Under the pieces are notes generated by a model. It worked only from the letters and a program-made list of their open reading frames with translations, was not told the origin of the DNA and ran no database searches. Positions 1-14,933 of a DNA stretch of 57,068 bases are shown here, piece by piece (position 1 is the first letter of the stretch; each line of letters opens with the position of its first letter). Source of the DNA: Parvularia atlantis (lineage: Eukaryota). The stretch is from the NCBI GenBank assembly GCA_943704415.1, contig CALSCO010000440.1:1-57068 (forward strand), in the 5' to 3' direction. The translations under genes and the position numbers were made by a program.

Positions 1-273
1 TTTCGAGACGCAGCAGATGATCAAGAAGAAGGGCACCAAGAAGCGCGTGATCAACAAGAAGGTCGTCCGCCAGATGCTCACCTGGCGGCACTACGCGTTC
101 AAGCGCCGGCTACTCGACAAGGCACTGGGTGAAGGTCGTGATCGTCGACGAGTCGTACACCAGCAAAACGTGCGGCTGGTGCCCTCGGCGGCAAGTCGTG
201 CGGCACTGCAGTGGGACGCGACATCAACGGCGCACGGAACGTCTATCTCAAGAACCACGAGCACTGCTCGTGA
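1..273 (+). pseudogene. Fanzor (eukaryotic TnpB, IS607/Fanzor2-like) C-terminal RuvC/zinc-finger region, frameshifted and cut by the window start
   Basis: Frame 2 reads FETQQMIKK...KVVRQMLTWRHYAFKRRLLDKA. Frame 3 (129-) reads VKVVIVDESYTSKTCGWC. Frame 1 (184-273) reads LGGKSCGTAVGRDINGARNVYLKN...TGA. These are the successive TnpB/Fanzor C-terminal motifs, spread over three frames, with no introns. Confidence 0.88.
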
Positions 274-390
274 TGCGGGGGGAAACCCCTGAGGCTGCCT
301 CGGGCCCGAAGAAAGGTGCCACCAAGGACGACTCGGCTCCACAGTGACACAAGGAGTTCAGTTTAGGTTTACGAAGGCACTTTTGTAAGA
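256..390 (+). ncRNA. Putative omegaRNA scaffold / element right end downstream of Fanzor
   Basis: Hairpins: CACGAGC-act-GCTCGTG (256-272), GGGG-GAAA-CCCC (278-289) and GAGGC-t-GCCTC (291-301). A long stem AAAGGTGCC (312-320) / GGCACTTTT (376-384) encloses GGCTCC/GGAGTT. The position overlapping the ORF 3' end is typical of TnpB/Fanzor guide RNAs. Confidence 0.5.
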
Positions 391-465
391 GGCGACCAGA
401 AGCGGAAGTGTCATGCGCCTGGCAACGGCGCGGTGATTGGCCCGGATTGTTGCCGCGCCGCCGCC

Positions 466-2400
466 ATGACCTTCGTGACGGCCTTCGCGGTGCGATGTGC
501 TCCACGGGCTGCGCCCCCCTTGACGCATCGCCTCCAGGTCCTGTCTGCCGTCTGCGCCGTGCTCAGCTGGGCGCTCATCGATCGCGGCGCGGCCGCGGCG
601 CCCGGTGCCGCCAGCGCGGGCTTCTCCGCGTTCCAGTCGCGGTACCTGACCGTGTTCCTGGTTATGAACGGTGCGCGCGCGCTCGCGGCTGCGCCCGATG
701 TGAGCGCTGAGGGCGCGTCGCGCAGCCGGCGACTGGCTGCAGGGCCCGTACGTCTACGCACTGTACCAGAGCTACGGCTACGACACGGACGCGATCGCGC
801 TGCTCTTCGTCGTCGGGTTCCTCTCGAGCGCCATCTTCGGCACGGTAATCGGCGCCGTGGCCGACACGATGTGCGCGCGGCCCGCGTGCGCACGGGGGGG
901 CCGCGGCGTGACCGCACGTGCGCGCCACCAGGGGCAGGAAACGCCTCGCGGTGCTGTACGCGGTGCTGTACGGCGTCTCGTGCGTGACAAAGCTTTCGCC
1001 CGTCTTCGCCGTGCTCCTGTTTGGGCGCGTCGTGGCGGGCGTGGCGACGTCGCTGCTCTTCTCAGTCTTCGAGTCGTGGATGGTCTGCGAGCACAATCGC
1101 CTGGGCAAGCGCACCCGACACGCACCCAGCGTGCGCCATCCTGACCGACGGCGCCGCCCGCAGGCTTCCCGGCCGACCTCGTCTCGCAGACGTTCTCGTG
1201 GGCGACGTGGGGCAACGGGCTCGTCGCAATCCTGTCGGGCGTGGCGGCCAACGTCGTCGTGGACGCGTTCGGTGCGCCGGGCCTCGAGCCGCGCGACATC
1301 GCAGCCGCCCAACCGCGTGCCGTGCAGGGTTGGTTGCGCCGTTCGGGCTGGCGCTGCTGTTCTTCGTCGCCGGCGCGGTCATGGTCACGTTGACGTGGTC
1401 CGAGAACTTTGGACAAGAGAAGGTGCGCGCGTGTGCGCTCGCTCTTGCAGCGTTGAGTTGAAAAAAAAGTTCGCCGCGTGCAGAGCAGCCAGTGGCTTGC
1501 GTCGCTGTACACGGGCGTGGCGGCGTGCCGCCAGGGTGCGGCCGTGCTGCGGCGTGCCGGGCCGCATGTGGACTAACGCAGACCGTGCCGCGCAGACTTC
1601 AAGATCCTCTCGCTCGGGGCGATCCAGTCGCTCTTCGAGAGCGCCATGTACTGCTTCGTCTTTGTTTGGACGCCGACGCTGCAGCGCGGCATGAGTGCGC
1701 GACGACGGCGCGGCGTGCAGGGCGCGTGTGCTTACGCGCGCATCGCAGGCGAGGCCGAGGCCCTGGCGCTGCCGTTCGGGTACATCTTTGCGGCGTTCAT
1801 GGTCTCGGTCATGATCGGGTCGCTGCTCTTTGGCGGGATGGTGGGGCGACGCGTGACGGCTGAGGTGCGCGCCCTTTGCCGCCCCCCTCGCTGGCCGCCC
1901 ACGACAGCGGCGTCGCCCAGAGCATCGCACGCTGGGTGTACTTCCTGGCCGCGGCGGCGCTGGTCGTGCCCGTGATCACGACCGACCCGCTCCTCGTCTT
2001 TGGCTCGTTTGTGCTCTTCGAAGTGTGCTGCGGGATGCACTTCCCGCTCATTGGCACGCTGCGCTCGGTGTGTGCGCGCGCACACTTGCTGGCTGGGCGC
2101 TCAATCGGGCCGCGCGCAGAAATACATCCCCGAGGACTCACGCTCGGCCGTGCTCAACCTCGTGCGCGTGCCGCTCAACCTGATCGTTGTCGTCGTGCTG
2201 CTCAAGGTGCGCCTGTTCGCAAGCCTGTGCGATGTGCCGTGCCCCGACGCTATGCCCGCTCGCGCGGCCAGGTCGGCAGCATGCAGCTCGCCTCGGTCTA
2301 CCTCATCTGTTCGTGCCTCCTCGCGGCCGCGGGTTACTTCGCCTACAACCTCCCCGTGGCGGCGGTGTACATCTCCGCCGCGGGCGACCTGCCGCAGTAG
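466..2400 (+). CDS. MFSD5: MFS transporter, molybdate-anion transporter family (MFSD5/MOT2); multi-exon
   Basis: Spliced motifs YLTVFLVMNAGDWLQGPYVYALYQSYGY, GRVVAGVATSLLFSVFESWMVCEH, QSLFESAMYCFVFVWTP and YIPEDSRSAVLNLVRVPLN; TAG at 2398-2400. Confidence 0.9.
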
Positions 2401-2471
2401 CAGCGCTCTGCGCTCTTGTTTTTGTTCTCTTGCTGCGCCCCCAGGCACACTGCTCGCTCACCGCGCGTCGC

Positions 2472-3512
2472 TCAGTAGTACGGGTGGTAGAATGCCGCGC
2501 GCCGCGACCTGCGCACAAGACAAAGTCAGCCAAACTGCCCAAAGGTCATGCGCACGGCGTGCGGCGCCGCACCGGAACCGCGGCGCGCCGCGGCCGCGGT
2601 AGACCGGCGGGTAGTACATCGCCGCGGCCATCGCGGCCGCACGGGCGCGGTAGCCGCGCGGCACGCGGTTGGTTGCGCTCATGCCGGGGAGATTGGTCCG
2701 CTTGGCTGAGACCTTGATCGCGCGGTTGTGGACCGTCGTGCCGTCGAGCTCGACCGCGTTGGCGACCGAGTCGGCGCTCGCAAACTCGATGTAGGCAAAG
2801 CTGTTGCGCGGGCGGACAGTGAGCGCACACAACAGGCGCCGCCCCGCCGCCCCGCACCCCTTGGGCTGCTGCGTGAACTTGTCGCACAGAATCGTCACCC
2901 GGTTGATCGTGCCGCAGTCCTTGAAGTGCGTCTGCAGCTCCTCGGGTGTGCACGCGTAGTCGACCTGTCGCGCGGATCAGCTCGTCCCGCGCCGCGTACG
3001 GGCGTGACCGCACGTTGCCGACGTAGATGGACCGTCCGTCGACGTCGTCCTTGCTCTCTGCTACGGAGCGCGGCCGCGCGCTCAGGCCGCCGTCGCCGCG
3101 CGCGCGCGGGGCCACGCGGCGCTCACCGCCACCCGACGCGGTCGACGACGGCGTCCCGATCGCCTCCTCAGCGTGCTTGTTCATCTCCTGCATCCGCGTC
3201 GCCTCCTCCTCCAGCTCCTTCACCTTGCGGCGCATCGTCTCGAGGTCCTGCGAGGCGCGCGCGCCCGCCCGCGGCCCACGTCAGCACGCCCCTTGCCGCG
3301 GCCCGCCCGGGCGGCGCGACGGGGCTACGGGGCTGACGCGCACCAGCTCGCCCTCCTCCTCCGCCGGCGCCGCGCCGGCCGCGCTGTCACCCTCGCCACC
3401 GTTCGTGTCCGTGGCCGCGCTCGCCGCCGCCGCCTTGTTGTGCTCCTGCGGCGCACGCGCGCGCTCGTCGGCCGCGTCGCAAGAGGGGACGGCGACGTAC
3501 CGCGTCGGCCAT
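2472..3512 (-). CDS. PABPN1: Nuclear poly(A)-binding protein 2 (coiled coil + RRM + Arg-rich tail); multi-exon
   Basis: [72 protein letters not shown]; ends FYHPYY*. Confidence 0.92.
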
Positions 3513-3542
3513 GCTGACAAGCGCCTGTCTGCCCCGCTGTGA

Positions 3543-6500
3543 ATGTTCGCGCCAAGCGACGTCGAGCTCGGCCAGGCGCTGCGCGGCGCTCAGCTCGCGG
3601 ACCCGTTCGTGCAGCCGGACGCGCTGGCCGGTGCGTGCCGCGGGACGCAGGCAGGCAGGCCGTCTGCTACCGCGCGCTCACGCTCTCGCGAGCAGCGCGC
3701 GTCGCCGCCGCCCACCCGACCTGGCACGTTGCACCCGAGCGCGTCGCGGCGCTGGTCGCGCGCGTCGGCCTGCGCACTGTGCAGCGAGCGGACGCAAGCG
3801 GGGGGCAGCGCGGTGCCGTGTGCACCGGGCCGCGTGACGCCGACGCTGACGGCTGGCTGGGGGGCCACGCGCAGGCACGCGCGCTGCCCCGCCTGCCGTT
3901 CGCATGACAGCGCCCGCGCCAGTCGCGTCTCTGCCGTTGCCCGCGGTGCCCGCGCCCGTACCCGCTCCTGCCATTGCGCCGGTACCGGCACTGATCGCGG
4001 CACTGGCGCCCGCCAACGCGCCGTTCGTGTGGCCGCCGCGAGAGGCGCCGCTCGTCGCGACGCTGCGGACGATGCGCCAAGCCCTGCCCAACGCGACGCC
4101 GCAGGGGTTGTGCATGATGGTGCGCGTGCACCCGGGCTGTGCGTGCGATCGCTGACGCGCGCCTCGCCCAATCAGCTGCGCGCCCTGTCCGACAGCGGCT
4201 GGGAAGCGCTGAACGTCGAGCTCGTCGCGACGATCATGCATCGCCTTAGCCAGGGTGCGCACTCACTCGCCACAGCGACATGGGCTCACGTGTGCGCCGC
4301 AGAGCCGCCGCCAGCACGGCCGCAAGTGCTGCCGCTGCCACAACTGCCGCTGCCACAGCTGCCGCTCGCAACAAGCGTGCCGCTGCCCGCCGCGCCGGCC
4401 AGCAAGGCGCAGACGAAGAGTGCCGGACGTGAGGACGCCAAGCGCTTCTTCCTACAGCTGTCCAACCTGACGACGATGACTGCTGACGAGGCGCAAGGCA
4501 CGGCCGCACGCGCGCTGCCTCCGTCGCACACGTGTTGACGACCACTACAGCCGCGCTCGTGGCCGCGCACCCCGACTGGCGCATCGCGCACGCCGAGTTG
4601 GGCCGCGCCTTCCGCGCAGCGCAGCAGTCGGCCAACGACAAGGTGTGCCTGCACTGGGCACGGCTCAGGCCGCTCACGCTCTCCGTCGCAGCTGAAGCAT
4701 CTGGCGCACGTGCAACCGCAAGCACCGCCGCTTCCGCCGCCGCTGCCGGCGCAGGTGCTCCCGCTCCCGCCCCTGCTGCTGCCGACGCAGACGCCCGTGC
4801 TCGTCAACCCTGCCGCAGCGGTGGTGCCCAGCGGCAAGATCGTCATGGCCATCCCGCTCGACGCCCCGCTAGGCAGTGCCGCCCGCACGCCGGCCAAGAG
4901 CTCGCCCGCGAAGCCGCACGCCGCTGCCTCGCCGCAGCCCAACGGCGCACACTCGCCCCAGCACCGCACGCCCTACGCGCCGTACATCTCGCGCGACGAG
5001 GCCGTCAAACTCGTGCTACAGGGCCAGGCCATCGTCGGCATGGTCGTCGTGCGCGACCAGGACTCGGTGCGGCGCATGGTCGGCACGCAGCGTGCACTCA
5101 CAGCCGGGCCGCAGGCCGAGGTGACGCGCAGCGACTCCGAGACGCGCGACTTTCTCCAGCCGTACCACGAGCGCCCGGAGCTGCCGACCAAGGTCCGTCA
5201 GCGCCCGCAAAAGACGCGCGCACCCTGCTGACCGCTCGGCCTCAGCCGCCGCGCGCGCTCGAGCTCAACAACCAGCACGCGCGCAACCGCGTCCTGTCGG
5301 GCGACGTGGCGGTCGTGCGCATCAACAGCAGCGTGCGTGCGTGCCCACTGCAGCGCCGACGATGCACTGAGCTGCGCGCCGTCAGATGCCGACGCGCGGC
5401 ACGGTCGTGCACATTGCGCGGCGCTCGACGGTCGCTGCCGTCGTGGCCGGCTACATCCTGCCGCCGTCCCACGCGCACGAAGCACACGTGCGCGGCCTTG
5501 CACCGCCTCCTTGCCCGCCGGTGTTCACACCGCAGCACAGACGCGGCTGAATGAGCACTGGCGCCTGTTCCGGCCGAACGAGCTGTCGTTCCCGTGCGTG
5601 CGTGTCCCGATCCCGGAGGCACGTGCTGGCAGGACATGCTCGCGCCGAGCGTGCTGACGCGTGTCGCTCAGGTGCCCACGGCGCTCACGACGGTCTGCCA
5701 CGTCGACTTCAACGCGATCGACTGGCCCGAGACCGAGCGCTACCCGTCCGGCCACCTCTACCGCGTTGGTGGCAGCGTCGCGGGCGCATCGCACGGCACC
5801 GCGCCCGCCGTCACGTCGTCGCCGCCACCAAACGCGCGCACTGCCGCCACCACGCCGTCGCCGGGCCAGCGAGAGCAGACGTGCGCGCGCCCTGGATCGC
5901 GTGGCCTCGTGTCTGACCCCATTGGCCGCAGGCGCAACGCGCTCGTGTACTCGCCCGACGGGTCCGCCGAGCCGCACGCCGCCGGGACGCCTTCACGCAC
6001 GCCGACGCGCGCCACCAAGCCTGCCTACGAGCCGCATCTGCCGGCCGAGCAGCTCACGCCCGAGGCCATCAGCGCGGCCGGGCTTGTCACGGGCAAATTG
6101 CGTATCAACGCGCGCAACAGCCAGCAGGCGTTTTGTCAGGTATGGGCGTGCGTGCGCCCCAGACGCAATTGCCTTACGCCGGCGCGCCGTGCATGCAGGT
6201 GGACGGGCGCGCCGACGACGTCTTTATCGACGGCATCTGGGCACGCAATCGGGCGTTTGACGGCGACACGGTCGTGTTCAAGGTGCTGCCGCGTGGGCGC
6301 GCGCTGCTTGTATCTGACAGCGTGTGCAGATCGTGCAGACGAGCGAGCAGCGCCAGCGCGGTGCCGAGATCGCCCGGCGCCAGATTGCCGAGCGCAAGGC
6401 GCGCAACGCGGCGGCGAAGGAGGCCAAGGCCAAGGCCAAGGCAGGCAAGGCGCCGGCGCTCGTGGACGCCCCAGGCGCGCCGCTGCCGGCCGATCCGCCG

Positions 6501-9500
6501 AGCGCAGGCGTGGCTGGTAGTGTCGACGACGACGAGGCGTGGGAGGGTGCGCGCGCGTGAGGGAGCTGACCGCCTCTTTGGCCCGTCTGACGTACCGTGC
6601 TCAGACGTCGACTCGGACGAGGGCAGCACCAGCGCCAGTGACGACGAGCCCGAGGCCGTGGCGATGCTCGTGGAGGACGCCAAGGCTGCCGACGCCGAGG
6701 AGCTTCTGGCGTGCGCGCGCCCAGCAGCACTCTGGCCGCTTGCACGTGCTCACGGCGGTGCAGGCCGCAGCGCGCGTTCCAGGCCAAGGGCGTCGTCGTC
6801 GCCGTCCTGACCGAGCACAAGAACGTGCTGCTGGCCGGCCAGCTGATGGTGGACGAGAAGCGCGGCGCGGAGGCCGACGCGTCGGGCAAGCAGCCCACCC
6901 CGCGCAAGGCAACCACGGGCAGCGTGCGCCTCTTCAAGCCGAAGAACACGCGCTTCCCGGCGATCGTGCTGCGCGAGACGCCTGACATTGTGCCGTGAGC
7001 GCGCCAACAGCAGCGCGTGCTGACCAAAGGGCGGCCGCGCACAGCCGCTGGAAGCGCTCGAGCGCAAGCTGCTGCTGGTGCAGCTCGACACGGTCTGGCC
7101 CGAGACGTCGCAATACCCCCTTGGGCACGTGGTGCGCGAGCTCGGCGCGGTCGGCGACGTCGAGGCCGAGACGACCGGCATCCTCCTCGAGCACGAGGTG
7201 CCGCGCACGTGCGCTCGCGTTCACGCAGCAGTGCTCACGCAGGGCGCGCGCCAGGTGGACTTTGACGAGTTCAGCCCCGAGGTGATCGCGTGCCTGCCGC
7301 CGACGCCCTGGAGCACGACACCGGTGCGCGTGCGGCGTGAAAGGCGGCGCCGTGCGCTAATCTCACGTCTGGTTCAGGAGGAGGTCGCGCGACGCCGCGA
7401 CGTGCGCGACAAGCGCGTGTTCAGCATCGACCCGCCGACGGCGCGCGACCTCGACGACGCCCTGCACATCGAGCAGTGCGTGCACGCGTGCGCAGCACGG
7501 CCGCGCCGACACGTGCCGTGTGCCTCAGCCTGCCGGACGGCAAATGGGAGGTGGGCGTGCACATCGCGGACGTGAGCTACTTTGTGCCCGAGGGCAGCGC
7601 GCTCGACCAGCAGGTGACTGTCCTGTCGCATGCGCGGGCTGCGCTGGTCTGACCCGTGTGCAGGCGCGCATGCGTGCGACGACGGTGTACATGGTGCAGC
7701 GCGCGATCCCCATGCTGCCGCGCCTGCTGTGCGAGGTGCGGCGGATGGACGCCGTGCGTGCTCGGCGCAGTCACGCTCACGGACCGCGCGCGCGCGGCAG
7801 CAACTGTGCTCGCTCAACCCGGACGTGGACCGCTACGCCTTCTCGGCTGTGTTTGTGCTCGACGACGATGGCGAGATCCACGCGCGCTGGTTTGGCCGGA
7901 CGATCATGCGCTCGTGCGCGCGGCTCACGTACGACCACGCGCAACACATCATCGTCGGTGCGCACGGCGACACTGGCGCGCGTTGGCCGTCTGACGGCGG
8001 TGTGCGTGTACCCAAACGCCAGGCAACGACGTCGACGGGTGGGACGCGCAGGTGCCCGGCAACGCGACCAAGCAGCAAGTGGCCGACGACATCCTCGCGC
8101 TCCATCGGTGCGGACCGTGCGCCGGTGTGATGGCGGCCCTGGCTGACCTGCAGCGCGCTTGTGAAGCCTCGCCGTCAAGATGCGCGCGCGCCGGTTCGAA
8201 AAGGGCGTGCTCGCGCTCAACAAGGCCAAGCTGTCGTTCCGGCTGGGTGCGCGCAGCGTGTCGCGCAAGTGCCCGCTGCTGAGCACGTGGCCGGCGGCAG
8301 ACGCGCGCGGCATACCCGAGACGTGCTCCGTGTACGAGCTCAAGGAGAGCAACAAGCTCGTGGAGGAGTTCATGCTGCTGGCGAACATGGCCGTGGCCGA
8401 GCGCATCCACCAGAGGTGCGCCGCGCGCCCGCTCACACGCCGCGGGTCTCAGCACCCGCTGCACGCGCCGCTCCAGCCACCCGAACGACTCGCTCCTGCG
8501 GCGCCACCCGCCGCCCGACCCGAACGGCATCCGCAACCTCGTCAACAAGGCCAAGCTGGCCGGCGTGACGCTGGACCCGTCGTCGTCCCGGACCCTGCAG
8601 GTGCCTGCCCGCTCGCCCGCCCGCACTCTTTGCGCCCCTCTGACCGCGTCCGCCAGGTGTCGCTTAACAGCATCGCCGACGCAAACAAGCGCCTGGTGCT
8701 GCAGCTGCTCGCGACGATCCCGATGCGCCCCGCGGCCTACTTCTGCACGGCCAACTCTGGTGCGCGGCCTGGCGCAGGGGCATGTGACCGCTAACGTCGG
8801 CGGTGCGCAGAGGTCGACTACTTCTGGCACTACGCGCTGAGCGTGCCGTACTGTGCGTACTCGCCTTTCGCGACCTGCGCGTCGAACATGACATGCTGTC
8901 GGCGCGCAGACACGCACTTCACGAGCCCCATCCGGCGCTACGCGGACGTCATCGTGCACCGGCTGCTGCTCTCGGCGCTCGCGACCGGTGCGCGCGCGCG
9001 CGGTTTATCCTGCGCAGAACGCGTGCTGACGTCGAGCAGACGCCAACGACGCCGCCCAGCCGTACCGCTTCACGCTCAGCCCGCTCGACGTGGAGGAAAT
9101 TGCGCAGGTGCGTCCCACCGTGACTCGTGTGGACCTCGGCGCATGCGCTGACGCGGGGCCGCGGCAGAACTGCAACCACAAGAAGAACATGTCGAAGAAG
9201 GCGCAGGAGGCGTCGTCGGACCTGTTCCTGTGCATCTACGTCAACCGGTGCGAGCGCAGCAAACACAGTCTGCGCGGACGCGCTGACATTGGCGTGCGCG
9301 CCAGGGCCGGCGGCGTTACCGAGATGGCGACGATCGTTGACCTGCGTGAGAGGGACGTGCGCCTGATCGTGCCCAAGTATGCGCTCGAGGTCGTTGTGCC
9401 GCTGCTGGACGTCGCACGGCGCGCCAAGGTGCCCACGCGCTTGCACGTCGATCGAGCGCGGGCTGACGCGAGCGCTGTGGACGTCCCGCAGACGTCCGAC

Positions 9501-9734
9501 ATGGCCACACGCCCCACGCTGACCGTGCACTGGGGCGAGCGCTCGGCCGCCAACAGCTCGGGTGCGAGCAGCCGCAAGGACGAGACGCAGATCCTGCACG
9601 TCTTTGACCAGGGTGCGCGACGGCCGCGGCGCGCGCCGCCCGCTCACGCCGCAAGCGCAGTGCCCGTGCGCATCACGGCCAACATGAGCACGAGCCCGTG
9701 CCGGCTCATCGTCAAGCTGCTGCCGCCGCAGTGA
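3543..9734 (+). CDS. DIS3L2: RNase II/RNB-family 3'-5' exonuclease, DIS3L2-like, with a long N-terminal extension; multi-exon
   Basis: GKLRINARN...[10 protein letters not shown] (CSD1); [16 protein letters not shown] (catalytic Asp motif); [47 protein letters not shown]. No PIN domain seen. I traced the N-terminal part (3543-about 5900) as the same gene, with less certainty. Confidence 0.85.
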
Positions 9735-9758
9735 AGCCGCGGCGCTGCATTGATATGT

Positions 9759-11228
9759 TTACACAGTGCCAAAGTCGTCAACGCGCGTGCGCTTGAGCGA
9801 TCCCGATGACGCCGCAGCATCCACCGACCGCACGCCGTCGCACTGCGTAGCACGGTGTGTGAGCAGGCGTTTCGGCCACGAGGCACGCGCACTGTAATCT
9901 GGTACGGCACCATCGCGCGTGCGGCATGCGGCGACTTGAGCACCTGCGCGTACCTGGCCCGGCGTGAGTGCGCCCGCTGTGCAGTCACAGCGGCACCCGC
10001 ACCGTGTCCCGCCCTGCCAATACAGCTGTATCCTCACGTTGCTCGCGTGCGCCCAGCTGTCGCCTGCCCCGCGCGCGTGCACACCGTCAGCCGTCAGCCG
10101 GCGCGCGCCGGCGACCACGAGGCGCACCGAGTGCCGGCACGAGCTGCGACTGCTCGCGCCCGCCCGCGTCGGAGCGTATCCGCGTGGTCATCTGGTTCAG
10201 CAGGACGACCTGTGTGCGCGCGTGTGTGCAAGGGCTCAGCATCGATAGGCATGCGCGGCGGGCGACGCACGGCCACGTTGCACTTGCTGGCCACGCGCGT
10301 GAGCAGTTGCGCGAGCGTGTTGAGCAGGCGCGTGCGCAGCGCGAGGTCGGTGAAGTCGTAGCGGAAGTGAAATGCGACCGAGTCGAGCACGACGAGCTTG
10401 ACCTGGACACGCCGGACGAGGCGCTGAGCGAGGCAACGCCGCACAGGCGGGTGCACCTGCGGGTGGTGCTCGATGATCTCGTCCAGCAGATGCGCCAGGG
10501 CGATCTCCTCAACGTGGTCGTGCACGCGGTACAGCATGATGCCGGCCAGCAGCGCGTCGGTCGCGTCGGTGCTGGCCGAGCCCACGGCGGCGGCGGCGAT
10601 CTCGAGCGCGCGCTCGACGACGAAGCTGCCCTCGGTGTCGATGTAGATCGCGTGGCCGCTCGCGCCGCCCTGCTGCACCGGCAGCTGCGCATTGACGGCG
10701 AGCTGGATGCTGCGGGCGCGACGTGTGCGTGAGCGCGTGAGCACGGGCGTGCGTGCCTGCACCGGCCGCACCCGAGCTGCGTCTTGCCAATGCCCGGCGC
10801 GCCGCAGAACTCGGTCACGCGCCCGAGCGGCACGCCGCGCCCGCCGCAGACGTCGTCCAGCTCGCGGCACCCGGTCGAGATGTGCGGCTGCTCCTGCTCG
10901 CGCTGCAGCAGGCTCTGCCATTGATCGCGCGCTCAGCACCGATCCGTTCCCCGTATGCGTGCGCGCACCAGCGCCGTCGTCGTGGGCGGCGGCGCGGCCA
11001 CAGCCCGGTCGACCGCGAGCAGCGTCTGCAGCACGCCCGAGGCCTCCTCGACGGGGCACTGCAGCTCGGCGGCGAGCTGCGACGGCGAGAGATCGCGCAC
11101 CTCGGCAATCGTGCGGAAGCCGGCGCGCGCGAGGCGCTCGCGCATCTGCGGTCCGTGGCGCGTCAGACGAATGCGTTGTGGCGCGACTACGCCCGCACCG
11201 TCGCGCCCAGTACGGCCCACTTATCCAT
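9759..11228 (-). CDS. RAD51C: RAD51 paralog C; multi-exon
   Basis: [84 protein letters not shown]. First exon [10 protein letters not shown] is inferred. Confidence 0.9.
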
Positions 11229-11244
11229 CACTCGACGCTCGAAA

Positions 11245-14903
<3,659 letters not shown>

Positions 14904-14933
14904 TTGCCATTTCGCTCGTACAGATCTCACGTG

